Numbered from the stretch's first letter, positions 43,852-53,434 are shown. The stretch is DNA of 64,000 nucleotides from an uncultured Phycisphaerales bacterium (GCA_963772725.1 CAVYYI010000002.1:256001-320000); one strand, 5' to 3'. Notes: generated by a model not told the origin, from the letters alone. Numbers and translations are program-made.

Positions 43852-43913
43852 ATGTAAAATCTACTTGACATTGAGTATATCATAGATTACATTATGTATG
43901 GTGCAACAGACAT
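43852..43913 (+). promoter_or_regulatory. three ATGT-N12-ACAT boxes with 21 bp period overlapping a TTGACA-N17-TACATT promoter
   Basis: boxes start at 43852, 43873 (GAGT variant) and 43894; -35 at 43865, -10 at 43888. Confidence 0.7.
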
Positions 43914-43947
43914 TAATAAATAATAATATTTTGGAAAGGAATAAAAA

Positions 43948-44385
43948 ATGAATAGGCGGCAAAAAATAGCGTGGTTTAATTTGGTCGTAATCTCGCTTGC
44001 TTTAGGGCTGAGTACAGCAGCATTTTGTGTGTTATACTTCATCTTCAAACTGCCCGCACATCGAGCGGCTGGCGGATTTGGGTTCATAGGGATTATGGGG
44101 TTAGCAGGATTAGCTCCAGTTTTATTCAAGAAAGATAAGAATAAGGTGGAGTTCGATGAGCGGGATATGGCGATTAATCGCAAAGCAACAATAATCTCAT
44201 ATACAATCTTTTGGGTTCTATTCGTCGCAGCGGCAATGGTTCCGTGGTTTATCATAGGGCCGTTTGGAACGATTACGGTCAATTATCTTCCGTGGATGGT
44301 GTGTGGCGGAATGTTTATAGTCACAAGCGTTCAATCGATAGTGATTCTCGAGGAGTACGGCTGGAAGGAGAAAAATAATGAATAG
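43948..44385 (+). CDS. membrane protein, DUF2178-like
   Basis: four TM helices, FDERD motif, SD AAGGA. Confidence 0.75.
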   Translation: MNRRQKIAWFNLVVISLALGLSTAAFCVLYFIFKLPAHRAAGGFGFIGIMGLAGLAPVLFKKDKNKVEFDERDMAINRKATIISYTIFWVLFVAAAMVPWFIIGPFGTITVNYLPWMVCGGMFIVTSVQSIVILEEYGWKEKNNE

Positions 44386-44836
44386 ATTACAAAAAGAAGC
44401 CCTTGGGAATTTGATATTGGTAATATTTATTTTCCCCTTCACAGCTTTACTAACTTTTGTAAGCATAAAAATACACGGAAGACCCTTATCTATAGAATTG
44501 GTCACACAAATCCTTTTTATTTCCACAATGCTTTTTACAGTGGCAAACGCAATTCAACAGGTTCGTTCTGTTTTTCGAAAGCGAAAAGCAGATAAAGAGA
44601 TTTTCTTTGATGAGCGTGACCAATTTATTGTCCATAACGCTTTACGACATACATATTATGCGATTTGCCTTTTTTTAATCGCAGTATATATATTAATGTC
44701 TCCATACTTTGGTGAAAATATAACAATACCATTTTATATTTTGCCGCTGGTTATATGCGGCATTGCCATCACTGTTATACTTGTTTATTCAATTTCCATT
44801 TTGATTCAGTATGGCAGAGGGGGTAAAGATGTCTAA
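44378..44836 (+). CDS. membrane protein, DUF2178-like paralog
   Basis: MNR.QK start, FDERD motif and C-terminal YG shared with the upstream gene. Confidence 0.75.
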   Translation: MNRLQKEALGNLILVIFIFPFTALLTFVSIKIHGRPLSIELVTQILFISTMLFTVANAIQQVRSVFRKRKADKEIFFDERDQFIVHNALRHTYYAICLFLIAVYILMSPYFGENITIPFYILPLVICGIAITVILVYSISILIQYGRGGKDV

Positions 44837-45074
44837 AGATAAGATAATAAATCAGATACGTCGGCTGCGGTTTGAGAATGGGGAGATGACACAGCAGGAG
44901 TTGGCGGATAAGGCTGGGGTAACGCGGCAGACGATAATCGCGATTGAGGCTGGAAATTATTCGCCCTCGCTGACGCTGGCGTTTAAAATCGCTCGTGCGT
45001 TTGCTAAAAGCCTGGAAGAAGTGTTTCAGTACGATGAAAACAGAATACAGAATTCAGCAGACAGCAAACAATAG
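44829..45074 (+). CDS. XRE-family HTH regulator
   Basis: MTQQELADKAGVTRQTIIAIEAGNYSPSL. Confidence 0.92.
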   Translation: MSKDKIINQIRRLRFENGEMTQQELADKAGVTRQTIIAIEAGNYSPSLTLAFKIARAFAKSLEEVFQYDENRIQNSADSKQ

Positions 45075-45170
45075 AAAAGTTAGTAGTTCGGAGTTCGTAG
45101 TCGATAGAAAAAATATTATTCGCAAATTTTAGCAGATAAAATGTGGGGTTGCGACTTTGCCCCTGCAAAT

Positions 45171-45197
45171 CTGGATACCTGCTTTCTCAGGTATGAC
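45171..45197 (-). repeat. REP-like palindrome (GTCAT-ACCTG-AGAAAG-CAGGT-ATCCAG)
   Basis: hairpin between convergent XRE and lepB genes; resembles the GTCATTCCCGCGAAAGCGGGAATCC class. Confidence 0.55.
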
Positions 45198-45208
45198 AAA
45201 TAATATAC

Positions 45209-46748
45209 TTAGAAGTCTTTGTCTGAGCTGCCGTAGATGAAGCGGAGTTCGCCGAAATTGGGGACGATGGCATAAGGGAATTTGGGGGATGGTTTGAAGC
45301 CGCCGGGCCAATAGACGAACATAGCTTTTCCTACGAGGTACTCGCGCGGGACAATTCCTCTTGGATATAACACGCCATGATTTCCTCTGCCCTGTTCGGA
45401 CCAGAATCTGCTGTCACTACTGTTGGGGCTGTTGTCACCGAGTGCAAAAAATTCATCAGCATTTAGCTTAAGGGGATTTCCCTCGGCCGCCCTGCCCCTG
45501 CCGCCAGGGTCGGAGTCCGTATAGTATTCATCCTTGAAAATCGCGATATGCGATAAGGCGAGTTTGCCTGCGCCAAAGATTTTGACCTGCGGGGAAATGT
45601 CGTTTTTTCTGGCCCGCTGCGTCGGGAGTGCGGCCTAAATCCGCTTTCAAAACATCTTTGCCATATTCGAGAACAAGTTCATGGTCAACATTAGAGAACT
45701 TCAATAAAGCTGGTTTATCAGCGGCGGTCAATTCGGTTAGCTGTTTATCAACCAAAACAGTTTCACTGTTATCGGAGATTTTCGAGATAACCATTTTGCC
45801 GGAAAAATCTACCCAACCTTTATAAACGGTTTGGTATTTGCTGAAGCTTACGCCGATGCACCCCTGCGAAAGATTCGTCCTCACATAAAAGCGCGTCATT
45901 AAATCGCTGCAATACGGCAGCTCTCCGATTCTATCAAGACCATTGTAGGGGCAATCGGCTTTAAAACCATTTCCAGCGGAAGTGTCGTATGCAAAATAAT
46001 TGATTTTGTCAGGGTTGCTCTCAAGACCGCATAAGGCCGGATTATCTTTAACAAATTGCCAATCTGAACCAGCGAAATCAAAGGGCTGTCTCCAAATATG
46101 GCCGTTAAATATGCCCTGGGCCGGTCTTATCGGCTGATAATCGTTGTTGTAAACCACTCTCCAAAGCTCGTTCTGAACTTTGGGCGGTTTTCGGCTGATT
46201 TGGCCGTTGATATAAACATCTCCATCGATTATTTCAACGGTTTCACCCGGCCGACCAATCAGCCGTTTTATGAAATTTATAGTCGGATTAGTGGGGTCTT
46301 TAAATACTATTACATCCCATTGCTTTGGCTCAAAGAATTGATATATGCACTTCAGGACAAGTATCCTGTCGCCATTCGAGGGGGCCATTTTTTCGGGAGC
46401 TTGCTGATACTTTCTATCAGAATTTTGATAATAGCCGCAGCTTGGGCAGCGTGTCCTACCGACGGGAACATCCTGACTGGGAATAGTGTCTGTCGGCAAT
46501 CCAAATCTTTCCGGAATAAACCCAAAGTTGTATTTATAGCCGCATTGCGGGCACCGCAAACGGAAATGTGCGCCCATAAGCGTATCAGCCATACTGCCTG
46601 TTGGAATCCGGTACGCTTCCATAATAAAGGCCCGGAAGACAAACGCCAGTATGAATGCCGTTATAAGCCACTCAAATGTGTTCGCGACTTCGGATATCCT
46701 GTCTTTTCGCACGTTTTTTTCATCACCTGTTTTTTCTCTTTTGCCCAT
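45209..46748 (-). CDS. lepB: signal peptidase I with Zn-ribbon insert; frameshift in T6 run near 45605
   Basis: IPTGSM, GDRILV, FIKRLIG; downstream frame LGDNSPNSSDSRFW..GKAMFVYWP. Confidence 0.92.
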
Positions 46749-47284
46749 ATAACCTGCCGAAAAATATCCTTTCGCTGCGCTAACAAATTCTACAGAAACA
46801 ATCTAAAACTATTATTATGCTGAAAATCTCTTAGCTGGTCAACAGACAATTACATATTGAGGCTGTTTAAACATGTTGAAGATTAAAAAAAACAGCAGCA
46901 AAATCCTTGCTGCGATACCCATAACATCTTGCCCTAAAAGAAGTTATGTCATTTTATAGTCCTCAGACATATACCACAGCTATTTTAGATTCGCTGAAAA
47001 AACAATTTTCCGGCGGCAAAGTACTGCTGCAGTTTTGTAATGTCGAACACGTTATACGGATTTGGTTTTCGCATCCTGGAAGAACGATTATCAGATTTTT
47101 CTTGAAATAAAAAAGTTTTTTGTTAAAAAAACTCTTGTCGCATAGAAGTCTTTATAGTATAGTAACTTGTGTATATGAAGAATTGTTTTGCAAGCGAGAT
47201 GGTTAGTATTCACAACGCCAGTTGTTCTGGCGACAGCGAGGGCCTGTTTTTGAAAAGTCTTTTCTTGAAATGAGGAAGAAGCCT

Positions 47285-47596
47285 ATGTCAACAATCACAA
47301 AGAAGGAACTAATTGACCAGATTGCCGAAAAAACACAAGCCAAAAGAATTCTGGTCAAAAATATAATCCAGACGTTTCTTGATGAGATAACTGAGCAACT
47401 GCGTAAGGATAACCGCCTGGAATTCCGCGATTTCGGCGTATTTGAGACACGAACCAAAGGTGCCAGAGTCGCACAGAATCCCAAGACTCTTGCGAGAGTT
47501 GAGGTGCCGCCGAAACGTACCGTTAAATTTAAGATGGGCCGACTGATGAGAGACAATCTCTGTTCTTCAGTATCGCAATCAGCTAAAGGCAAATAG
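47285..47596 (+). CDS. HU/IHF family DNA-binding protein
   Basis: TKKELI, LEFRDFGVF, ARVAQNPKT. Confidence 0.93.
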   Translation: MSTITKKELIDQIAEKTQAKRILVKNIIQTFLDEITEQLRKDNRLEFRDFGVFETRTKGARVAQNPKTLARVEVPPKRTVKFKMGRLMRDNLCSSVSQSAKGK

Positions 47597-47715
47597 ATTT
47601 TATTTGGCAGATGTGCCGCGACCATACACTGAATGATAAAGGTAATTCGTTTGCGAAGATTGGTGGCGCGGAGGGAAATATTTGTTTTATGACGATTGTA
47701 GTTAAGGAGTAGTTT

Positions 47716-47955
47716 ATGTCAGAGGGAACAGTTAAATGGTTTAACGCGCGGAAGGGATATGGTTTTATCGCTACCGAGGATGGCCGCGACGTGTTTGTAC
47801 ATTATGCGAGCATTTCAGGTGACGGTTACAAAACTCTGGCCGAAGGCGATATAGTCTCTTTTGATATTGCCGAAGGCGAAAAAGGCTTAAGAGCCGAAAA
47901 TGTTATTCCTACAAAACCGGCTCCCAAAAAGAATGCCGCCTCGGAAAATAAGTAA
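47716..47955 (+). CDS. cold-shock protein
   Basis: GTVKWFN..KGYGFI, DVFVHY; SD AAGGAG. Confidence 0.95.
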   Translation: MSEGTVKWFNARKGYGFIATEDGRDVFVHYASISGDGYKTLAEGDIVSFDIAEGEKGLRAENVIPTKPAPKKNAASENK

Positions 47956-48054
47956 AAAGTTTATGCGGTTTTCACCTTTTTGTTAATTACTGCATTTTAC
48001 GGCAGCGGAAGGTAAACGCTGTACTGGTAAGTTTTTGCAAAAGGTTTTAGTACC

Positions 48055-48690
48055 ATGATTGCGGCTGATTATAAGTCGAGTCTGGATTGTAACGTTCTTG
48101 TTCTGAACAAACATTATATGGCTGTTCGTATAGTCGGCGCCCGGAGGGCATTTTCACTTCTGTGCCGAAAACTTGCCGAAGTCGTTTCTTACGAGGAAGG
48201 TGTTTATTCGGGGTATGACTTCAATGACTGGTGCGAGGTAAGTCAGTTTAAACGAAATTTTGAACCGGACGGCAATGACTGGATTTCGACGGTCAATTTT
48301 TATATCGCGGTACCTCGAATTATTCGCCTGTTATTTTATGACCGACTTCCACAGGCAAAAGTAAAATTCAACCGCCGCAACATTTTCGCACGCGACAGAA
48401 ACTGCTGCCAGTATTGCGGCAAAAAATTTCCCACCAGCGAATTATCTCTCAACCATGTAATCCCGAGAACTCTCGGCGGAAAATCAGACTGGGATAATAT
48501 GGTTTGCGCCTGTGTGGAATGCAACGCCCTAAAGGGCGGGAGAATGCCAAGAGAGGCTGGTATGGCACTTATCGCCAAACCAACCAAGCCTAAACACAAT
48601 TCGCTTGTGCATATTTATCTTGGCCATGAACGGTATCATAGCTGGAAACAGTTTCTCGACCACGCATACTGGTCTGTCGAACTGAAATAG
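48055..48690 (+). CDS. HNH endonuclease (McrA-like)
   Basis: LVLN, RRNIFARD..CQYCG, HVIP..GG..WDNMVCAC..CN..KG. Confidence 0.9.
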   Translation: MIAADYKSSLDCNVLVLNKHYMAVRIVGARRAFSLLCRKLAEVVSYEEGVYSGYDFNDWCEVSQFKRNFEPDGNDWISTVNFYIAVPRIIRLLFYDRLPQAKVKFNRRNIFARDRNCCQYCGKKFPTSELSLNHVIPRTLGGKSDWDNMVCACVECNALKGGRMPREAGMALIAKPTKPKHNSLVHIYLGHERYHSWKQFLDHAYWSVELK

Positions 48691-48839
48691 CCAATAAGTA
48701 AATATTCTACCTCTGCGGCTTATTTTTGTATTTTTAATTTCAAGTTCGCCACATCGAATCTTCGATTTCATTATGTGAATTTGTTTCATGCTTAAGATTT
48801 TCCGCGCTTCGTTCCCCGCTCCACGCTACGAGCCTTTTC

Positions 48840-49253
48840 TTACCACACTATCCATTTCAAAATATAAGGCGTATAAAATTGCGACCCACACAAATTATAC
48901 CACGCTGCCCAAAACGATATTATTGAAACCGCGATAAAAACATACACCGCAAATTTCCTGCAGTAAACCCCAACCAGTATCCCCGCCAACACCTTAGCAG
49001 CAAATCCAACCAGCGGCCCCAATATTGGCCCGAATATCTCCGACACAAACCGAATCGCCGGATGCGCCTCTGCCTCCGCTCCTTCCCTGAGCATAAATAC
49101 GATGGTAGATAAACTATCGCAAAGTATCGTGATAAAAAATATAACTAACCACCACCAATACCTCTCCCATAAATTCAGCAGAGCGGCCTTCACTGTTTCA
49201 ATTTCTCTTTTCACACCTTTCAAACCCTTCATACTTTCTTCATCAATGAACAT
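48840..49253 (-). CDS. hypothetical membrane protein (DUF5658-like)
   Basis: D.LST...EAHP motif, several TM helices; start uncertain. Confidence 0.65.
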   Translation of the reverse strand: MFIDEESMKGLKGVKREIETVKAALLNLWERYWWWLVIFFITILCDSLSTIVFMLREGAEAEAHPAIRFVSEIFGPILGPLVGFAAKVLAGILVGVYCRKFAVYVFIAVSIISFWAAWYNLCGSQFYTPYILKWIVW

Positions 49254-49308
49254 TTTTAATTTTTTATCTGCATTTTTTATTTTTGCTTTTTAATATTTAA
49301 TATTCCTT

Positions 49309-49767
49309 TCACATCCCCGCCGATTCCACATAATAAACATATCCATTTTCATACTTCATATAAGCTTTTTGGGAATTCGAAGGATTAGGGTCATAAAAAG
49401 TACCTTCCGAAGTATCACATGGATCCCACCACTTTTTTTTAATATCACTAAACTTGTATCCCAACCATTTCCTTTTATCTTCCGGGGCTGGAATAAACTT
49501 TAATTTCTTTTTAAAAGCCTCGAATTCGTCTTTATCGATTTTAGCCTTAAGAAAATAACAAAAATCCGGTGGAAAAATTATATTCCATGTATGCTCATGT
49601 ACCTCCGTCGCCGAAACCGGCAGCATCATCCTCGCATTTTCTTCCCCAAAACAATATGGATACACCTTAATAAAAATAACACCAAAAACCGCTATCGCCG
49701 CAGCATAAAGCAAACCCAGAACACATAATACTATTATCAGCTTCTTTTTATCTATCTTCGCCTTCAT
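49309..49767 (-). CDS. hypothetical protein with N-terminal TM helix
   Basis: 152 aa ORF, MKAKIDKKK followed by a hydrophobic helix. Confidence 0.7.
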   Translation of the reverse strand: MKAKIDKKKLIIVLCVLGLLYAAAIAVFGVIFIKVYPYCFGEENARMMLPVSATEVHEHTWNIIFPPDFCYFLKAKIDKDEFEAFKKKLKFIPAPEDKRKWLGYKFSDIKKKWWDPCDTSEGTFYDPNPSNSQKAYMKYENGYVYYVESAGM

Positions 49768-49780
49768 ATCTCTGCCCTTT

Positions 49781-50218
49781 TTAAAGCTCTTTTTTTATTG
49801 CGGCAACAAACCTGTTAAAATCTTTTGATGTACCTAAGACCACAATAACTCTATTATCTGAACCTCCTAAAAAACTATGTTCAGCCATTTGTTTAGGGTC
49901 GGTAACTTCTTCAAACCATGCTGTCATCGGTGAGCCGTCCCCAACAGCCTTTTGCCTTCCTGCGCGGACACCAGCCTTGTCGATTTCATCATGCAATCGT
50001 TCAGCCCCTACGCCCAGAGTTTCAAACCAATCACTATTTCTGCGGACTAATTCCTCAACTAATTTTTTGACGGAATTACTTAAAGCAATTGATTGATCAA
50101 ATATTAATATAGAAACATCAAATTCTTCTTTTCCCCAAGGCAGTTCTCCTAAAGAAAGTCCTTCAGACCATTCGCATATATAATAGCGGCAATATTTGCC
50201 CTGTAATTCAACACTCAT
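49781..50218 (-). CDS. hypothetical protein
   Basis: 145 aa ORF; LHDEID..MTAW motif. Confidence 0.7.
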   Translation of the reverse strand: MSVELQGKYCRYYICEWSEGLSLGELPWGKEEFDVSILIFDQSIALSNSVKKLVEELVRRNSDWFETLGVGAERLHDEIDKAGVRAGRQKAVGDGSPMTAWFEEVTDPKQMAEHSFLGGSDNRVIVVLGTSKDFNRFVAAIKKEL

Positions 50219-50477
50219 TTTTCAACCTTGAATTATTTTCTGAATGCTACGGATACCATACTCATTTCCATCACAAAACCACATCATGATTTTATCTCCA
50301 TGCATAGACTCTGTCCAGCCGTTAATATTTCTTGCCTGCCCTGCGCGGCTCCCCGAGCAAAGCAGGGTGTCCTTTTCGTGGCTATTTTTCATTCAATGTT
50401 GGAAGTTCTTTCATTTTAAAGTATTTCTCCCAGAATAAAAATAGGGACAGCCACCTATTATTTCCACGGCATTGGTT

Positions 50478-51298
50478 TCAGACCGCCGTTAGCAGAGAAG
50501 CCAGTTCGTCAGGGGCTGTCACCATTGAGTCGTGCCCCGCCTCTATGGTCGTGAACGACCAACTATTGTCACCACTTATCCGGTTATGGGTAGGGACGAG
50601 CAAATCATAGAGCGGTTTGATAGAAGCAATGTACGTGCGATTCAGTCCATTGCTCCCAGAGTTCTTGAACGTGAAGGCCCCAATATACGTCCCGACTGGC
50701 ATAGGCCGCAACCGCCGCTGCAGCCAAGCCACGTCCGAAGGCTTGGTCACCGCAAAGGCACTGGGCGGAGGTGCAGGAAGCGCTATACCCTTACCCTGTT
50801 CTCACACCGACTTCAATCGTGATTCACGTGCCTCAGGAGGATTAAAGCCGGCCCAGCTAAAGGATGCGCCAGGCGACATATCAGGTGGAACACTACCATC
50901 TAAGTAAACATACCGAGACACGCGCCCCCGGAGTGTGTCTGCGACACCAGAGATCACAAAGCCGCCATAACTATGTCCAACGAGAACAAAGTCGTTCAAC
51001 TCCTCAGTTTCAATCACGGAAAGGATGTCTTCCACATGGGTCTGCAGCGAAATGTTCTTGGAGAAGAGATGCTCGCGATCCCCTAATCCGGTGAGGCTTG
51101 CGCAAAAATCTTGTGCCCGCGAGCCCTGAGAACATCGGCTACGCGACGCCAGCACCAGCCGCCGTGCCACGCACCATGCACCAGGACGAAGGTGCGGGGT
51201 TTGTCGGTGACGCTTGCGATTCCGGCATTGCCCGCCGCGGTCACAACACCCACCGTTGCCGCACTTGACGCCTTTAGAAAACCTCTTCTTGTAATCAT
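50478..51298 (-). pseudogene. Tat-exported alpha/beta hydrolase (esterase); frameshift near 51100 and in-frame TGA at 50802-50804
   Basis: TRRGFLK, VLVHGAWHGGWCW, GHSYGG, GHDSM; the frame continues after the TGA. Confidence 0.8.
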
Positions 51299-51376
51299 GC
51301 CTCTGCCCCTATCAAAAATTCCGTCCTAATTACAAGGACTTATATAAAATTCCCCGTTTCTATTTAGATTAGTCCT

Positions 51377-51400
51377 GTAGGGTGGGGTCATTACCCCACC
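51377..51400 (+). repeat. GTAG-type REP palindrome
   Basis: GTAG-GGTGGGG-TCATTA-CCCCACC. Confidence 0.6.
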
Positions 51401-51405
51401 ATTTT

Positions 51406-51890
51406 TTTCAAACCTTTCACACTTTCACACCTTTCCACGCCCCAGAACCTCACCACAATTTTACCCACGGCCTAATAATTTGTCCACCAGCAAATTTATT
51501 TCCACTTTCCCCAATCCCAAACCTGTGGTGAGCCTGCCGAATGATCGAAAATCCTATTTGTGTCTTTCGTACCACTTCGTTTCTTCGTTTTGAAAAAATC
51601 TGTGTCCATCTGCGTTAAATCTGTGGTTAAATAATTTTTTTTCTCTCAGCGTCTTTGCGTCTTCGCGGGCAACAAAAAAAGTCTTATGTCTTGGGTCTTT
51701 TAAAAATCTGTGAAAATCTGCGTCAATCTGCGGTTAAATAAATATTTTTACTTCTGTGAAATCAGAGTAATCTGTGGCTGATTATTTTTGTTTTTCTCTT
51801 TTTATAATTTGCTTCGTGCTTCAAAATTAGTGCTTTTCCCGTGCTTAATAAATCTTTTAATCAGCGACATCAGTGTAATCGGTGATTAAA
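51406..51890. repeat. cluster of degenerate 9-10 bp periodic repeats (AATCTGTG family and others)
   Basis: AATCTGTG/AATCTGCG triplets at ~51597, 51704, 51752 and 51859; CTTTGCGTCTTCGCG; CTTTCACA tandem. Confidence 0.7.
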
Positions 51891-51904
51891 TATTCTTAGA
51901 TTCT

Positions 51905-52549
51905 TCAATCCAGAATTTCGCCAAGGCAATTAAGCAGAGTCGCCTGGCATTTCATCAGCTTCCTTCTTGAATTATGCCCGCTGGGTATCAAAACGCAATC
52001 AATATCAAGAGCCTTAGCGACCTCGAAGTCATGGCAGGTATCCCCGATTAGCATCACATCCCTACTGTGCAGCCCAAGTTTTTTCATCAAAACCCTGCCG
52101 TTTTCAACCTTGCTTTTCGCGTAATAATCATTCAACCCGACAAGCCTTGCGAAATAATGCCGCAGAGCGAAAAAGTCTATAATCTCTTCGAGCATTTTCT
52201 GCTGATAAGCCGTGAGAATCGACTGCTCAATCCCGTTATCCGCGAAGTATTTCAAAACACTCTCCGCGTCATCCTGAAGCCTGCACTCGAACCGCTTCAC
52301 ATCATACTGTTTTATGTAATCGTCCGCTATCACCTCAAAAGGCTCCCTGTCAAAATCAAAGCCCAGCTTCTGATAATAACTTTTCACCGGAAAATCAAAT
52401 TCCTCCGCATACTGCTCAAGAGTTACCGGGGGCTTTGCGTATTTTCGCAGAATATTGTTGAGAATCTCCACGCACAGCCGCGCATCATCGAGCAGCGTCC
52501 CATTCCAGTCCCAGATAATATGCTTATATTTATTTAACTCTAAACCCAT
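51905..52549 (-). CDS. HAD family hydrolase
   Basis: IIWDWNGTLLDD, K, IGDTCHD. Confidence 0.9.
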   Translation of the reverse strand: MGLELNKYKHIIWDWNGTLLDDARLCVEILNNILRKYAKPPVTLEQYAEEFDFPVKSYYQKLGFDFDREPFEVIADDYIKQYDVKRFECRLQDDAESVLKYFADNGIEQSILTAYQQKMLEEIIDFFALRHYFARLVGLNDYYAKSKVENGRVLMKKLGLHSRDVMLIGDTCHDFEVAKALDIDCVLIPSGHNSRRKLMKCQATLLNCLGEILD

Positions 52550-52670
52550 ATCTTTTATAAATCCAATTTCATTCGGTTATTTATTTTGTGAATTTTCTTT
52601 TATTTTAATTTGTTTCGTACTTCGTGCTTAGGATTTTCCCAACTTCGCTTCACGCTTCACGAGATACGTT

Positions 52671-53330
52671 TCACTTAGTTAAAAGTTTCGGTTTTTCTTT
52701 TTGCAGCCATTTAGGCAGTTGCTCTCTTGTAACTTCTTTCCACAATCCCTTTTTGTTCCGCCGCGCAGCAACCTCCAGCTGTGTATATTTATAATAAAAG
52801 CTATGCCTGAATTGCAAATAGGCATACGCATACCCTTCGGATATTAGAATTTCATTAAGATACGTTCCATCGGGCAACTGAATATATGCCAGCAGCCGGT
52901 TATATTTGTCCCGCGTGTCGCTGATGGTATCGAGATAAATTTTGACCGGATTTCCCAGCGCTTTTGTTTTTGCGTATTCGGTTGCTTCCGGCCCGAAATA
53001 CATAACACCAGTATTGGGACTTTTCGTTTCCGGCGTATCTATTCCAATCAGCCTTATTCGCGTGCTTTTGTGTTTCCCGTCAGGTATGTCAATATCCAGC
53101 GTGTCCCCATCTACGACCTTAACAACATAAAAAGTCTTCTCGTTGTATTTTTCAAAATCGCCGCTTTTTACCTGCTCAGCCGAAGATTGAGCAGGTCGAA
53201 ATTTTTCGCTGACGAACGAACGATCAAACCAGACAAAAATACTCGACAAAATCAGGCACAGAACTAATACCGCAGAGCGGCTCCGCCTGCTCATCGCATA
53301 ACCTGTTTTATTCCTCTTCAGCATAATCAA
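52671..53330 (-). CDS. thermonuclease (SNase) family protein with N-terminal TM
   Basis: VVDGDT, IRLIGIDTPE, DKYNRLLAY, KGLW. Confidence 0.92.
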   Translation of the reverse strand: MIMLKRNKTGYAMSRRSRSAVLVLCLILSSIFVWFDRSFVSEKFRPAQSSAEQVKSGDFEKYNEKTFYVVKVVDGDTLDIDIPDGKHKSTRIRLIGIDTPETKSPNTGVMYFGPEATEYAKTKALGNPVKIYLDTISDTRDKYNRLLAYIQLPDGTYLNEILISEGYAYAYLQFRHSFYYKYTQLEVAARRNKKGLWKEVTREQLPKWLQKEKPKLLTK

Positions 53331-53361
53331 TTAACCACGAATAACCACTATTTAAAAAACA

Positions 53362-53434
53362 AACCACAGATTACACGGAGAAAGCAAAGATTAGATAAAA
53401 TCAAATCTGTGTTTATCTGTGAAATCTGTGGCTA
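53362..53434. repeat. inverted pair of CACAGATT/AATCTGTG repeat tracts
   Basis: CCACAGATTACACGGA...ATCTGTGTTTATCTGTGAAATCTGTGG. Confidence 0.7.

Noticed and set aside
48840..51298. integron cassette array
   Set aside because: Short co-oriented genes, but no recognisable attC sites or integrase.
51590..51890. CRISPR array
   Set aside because: Units are degenerate and irregularly spaced, and there are no cas genes.
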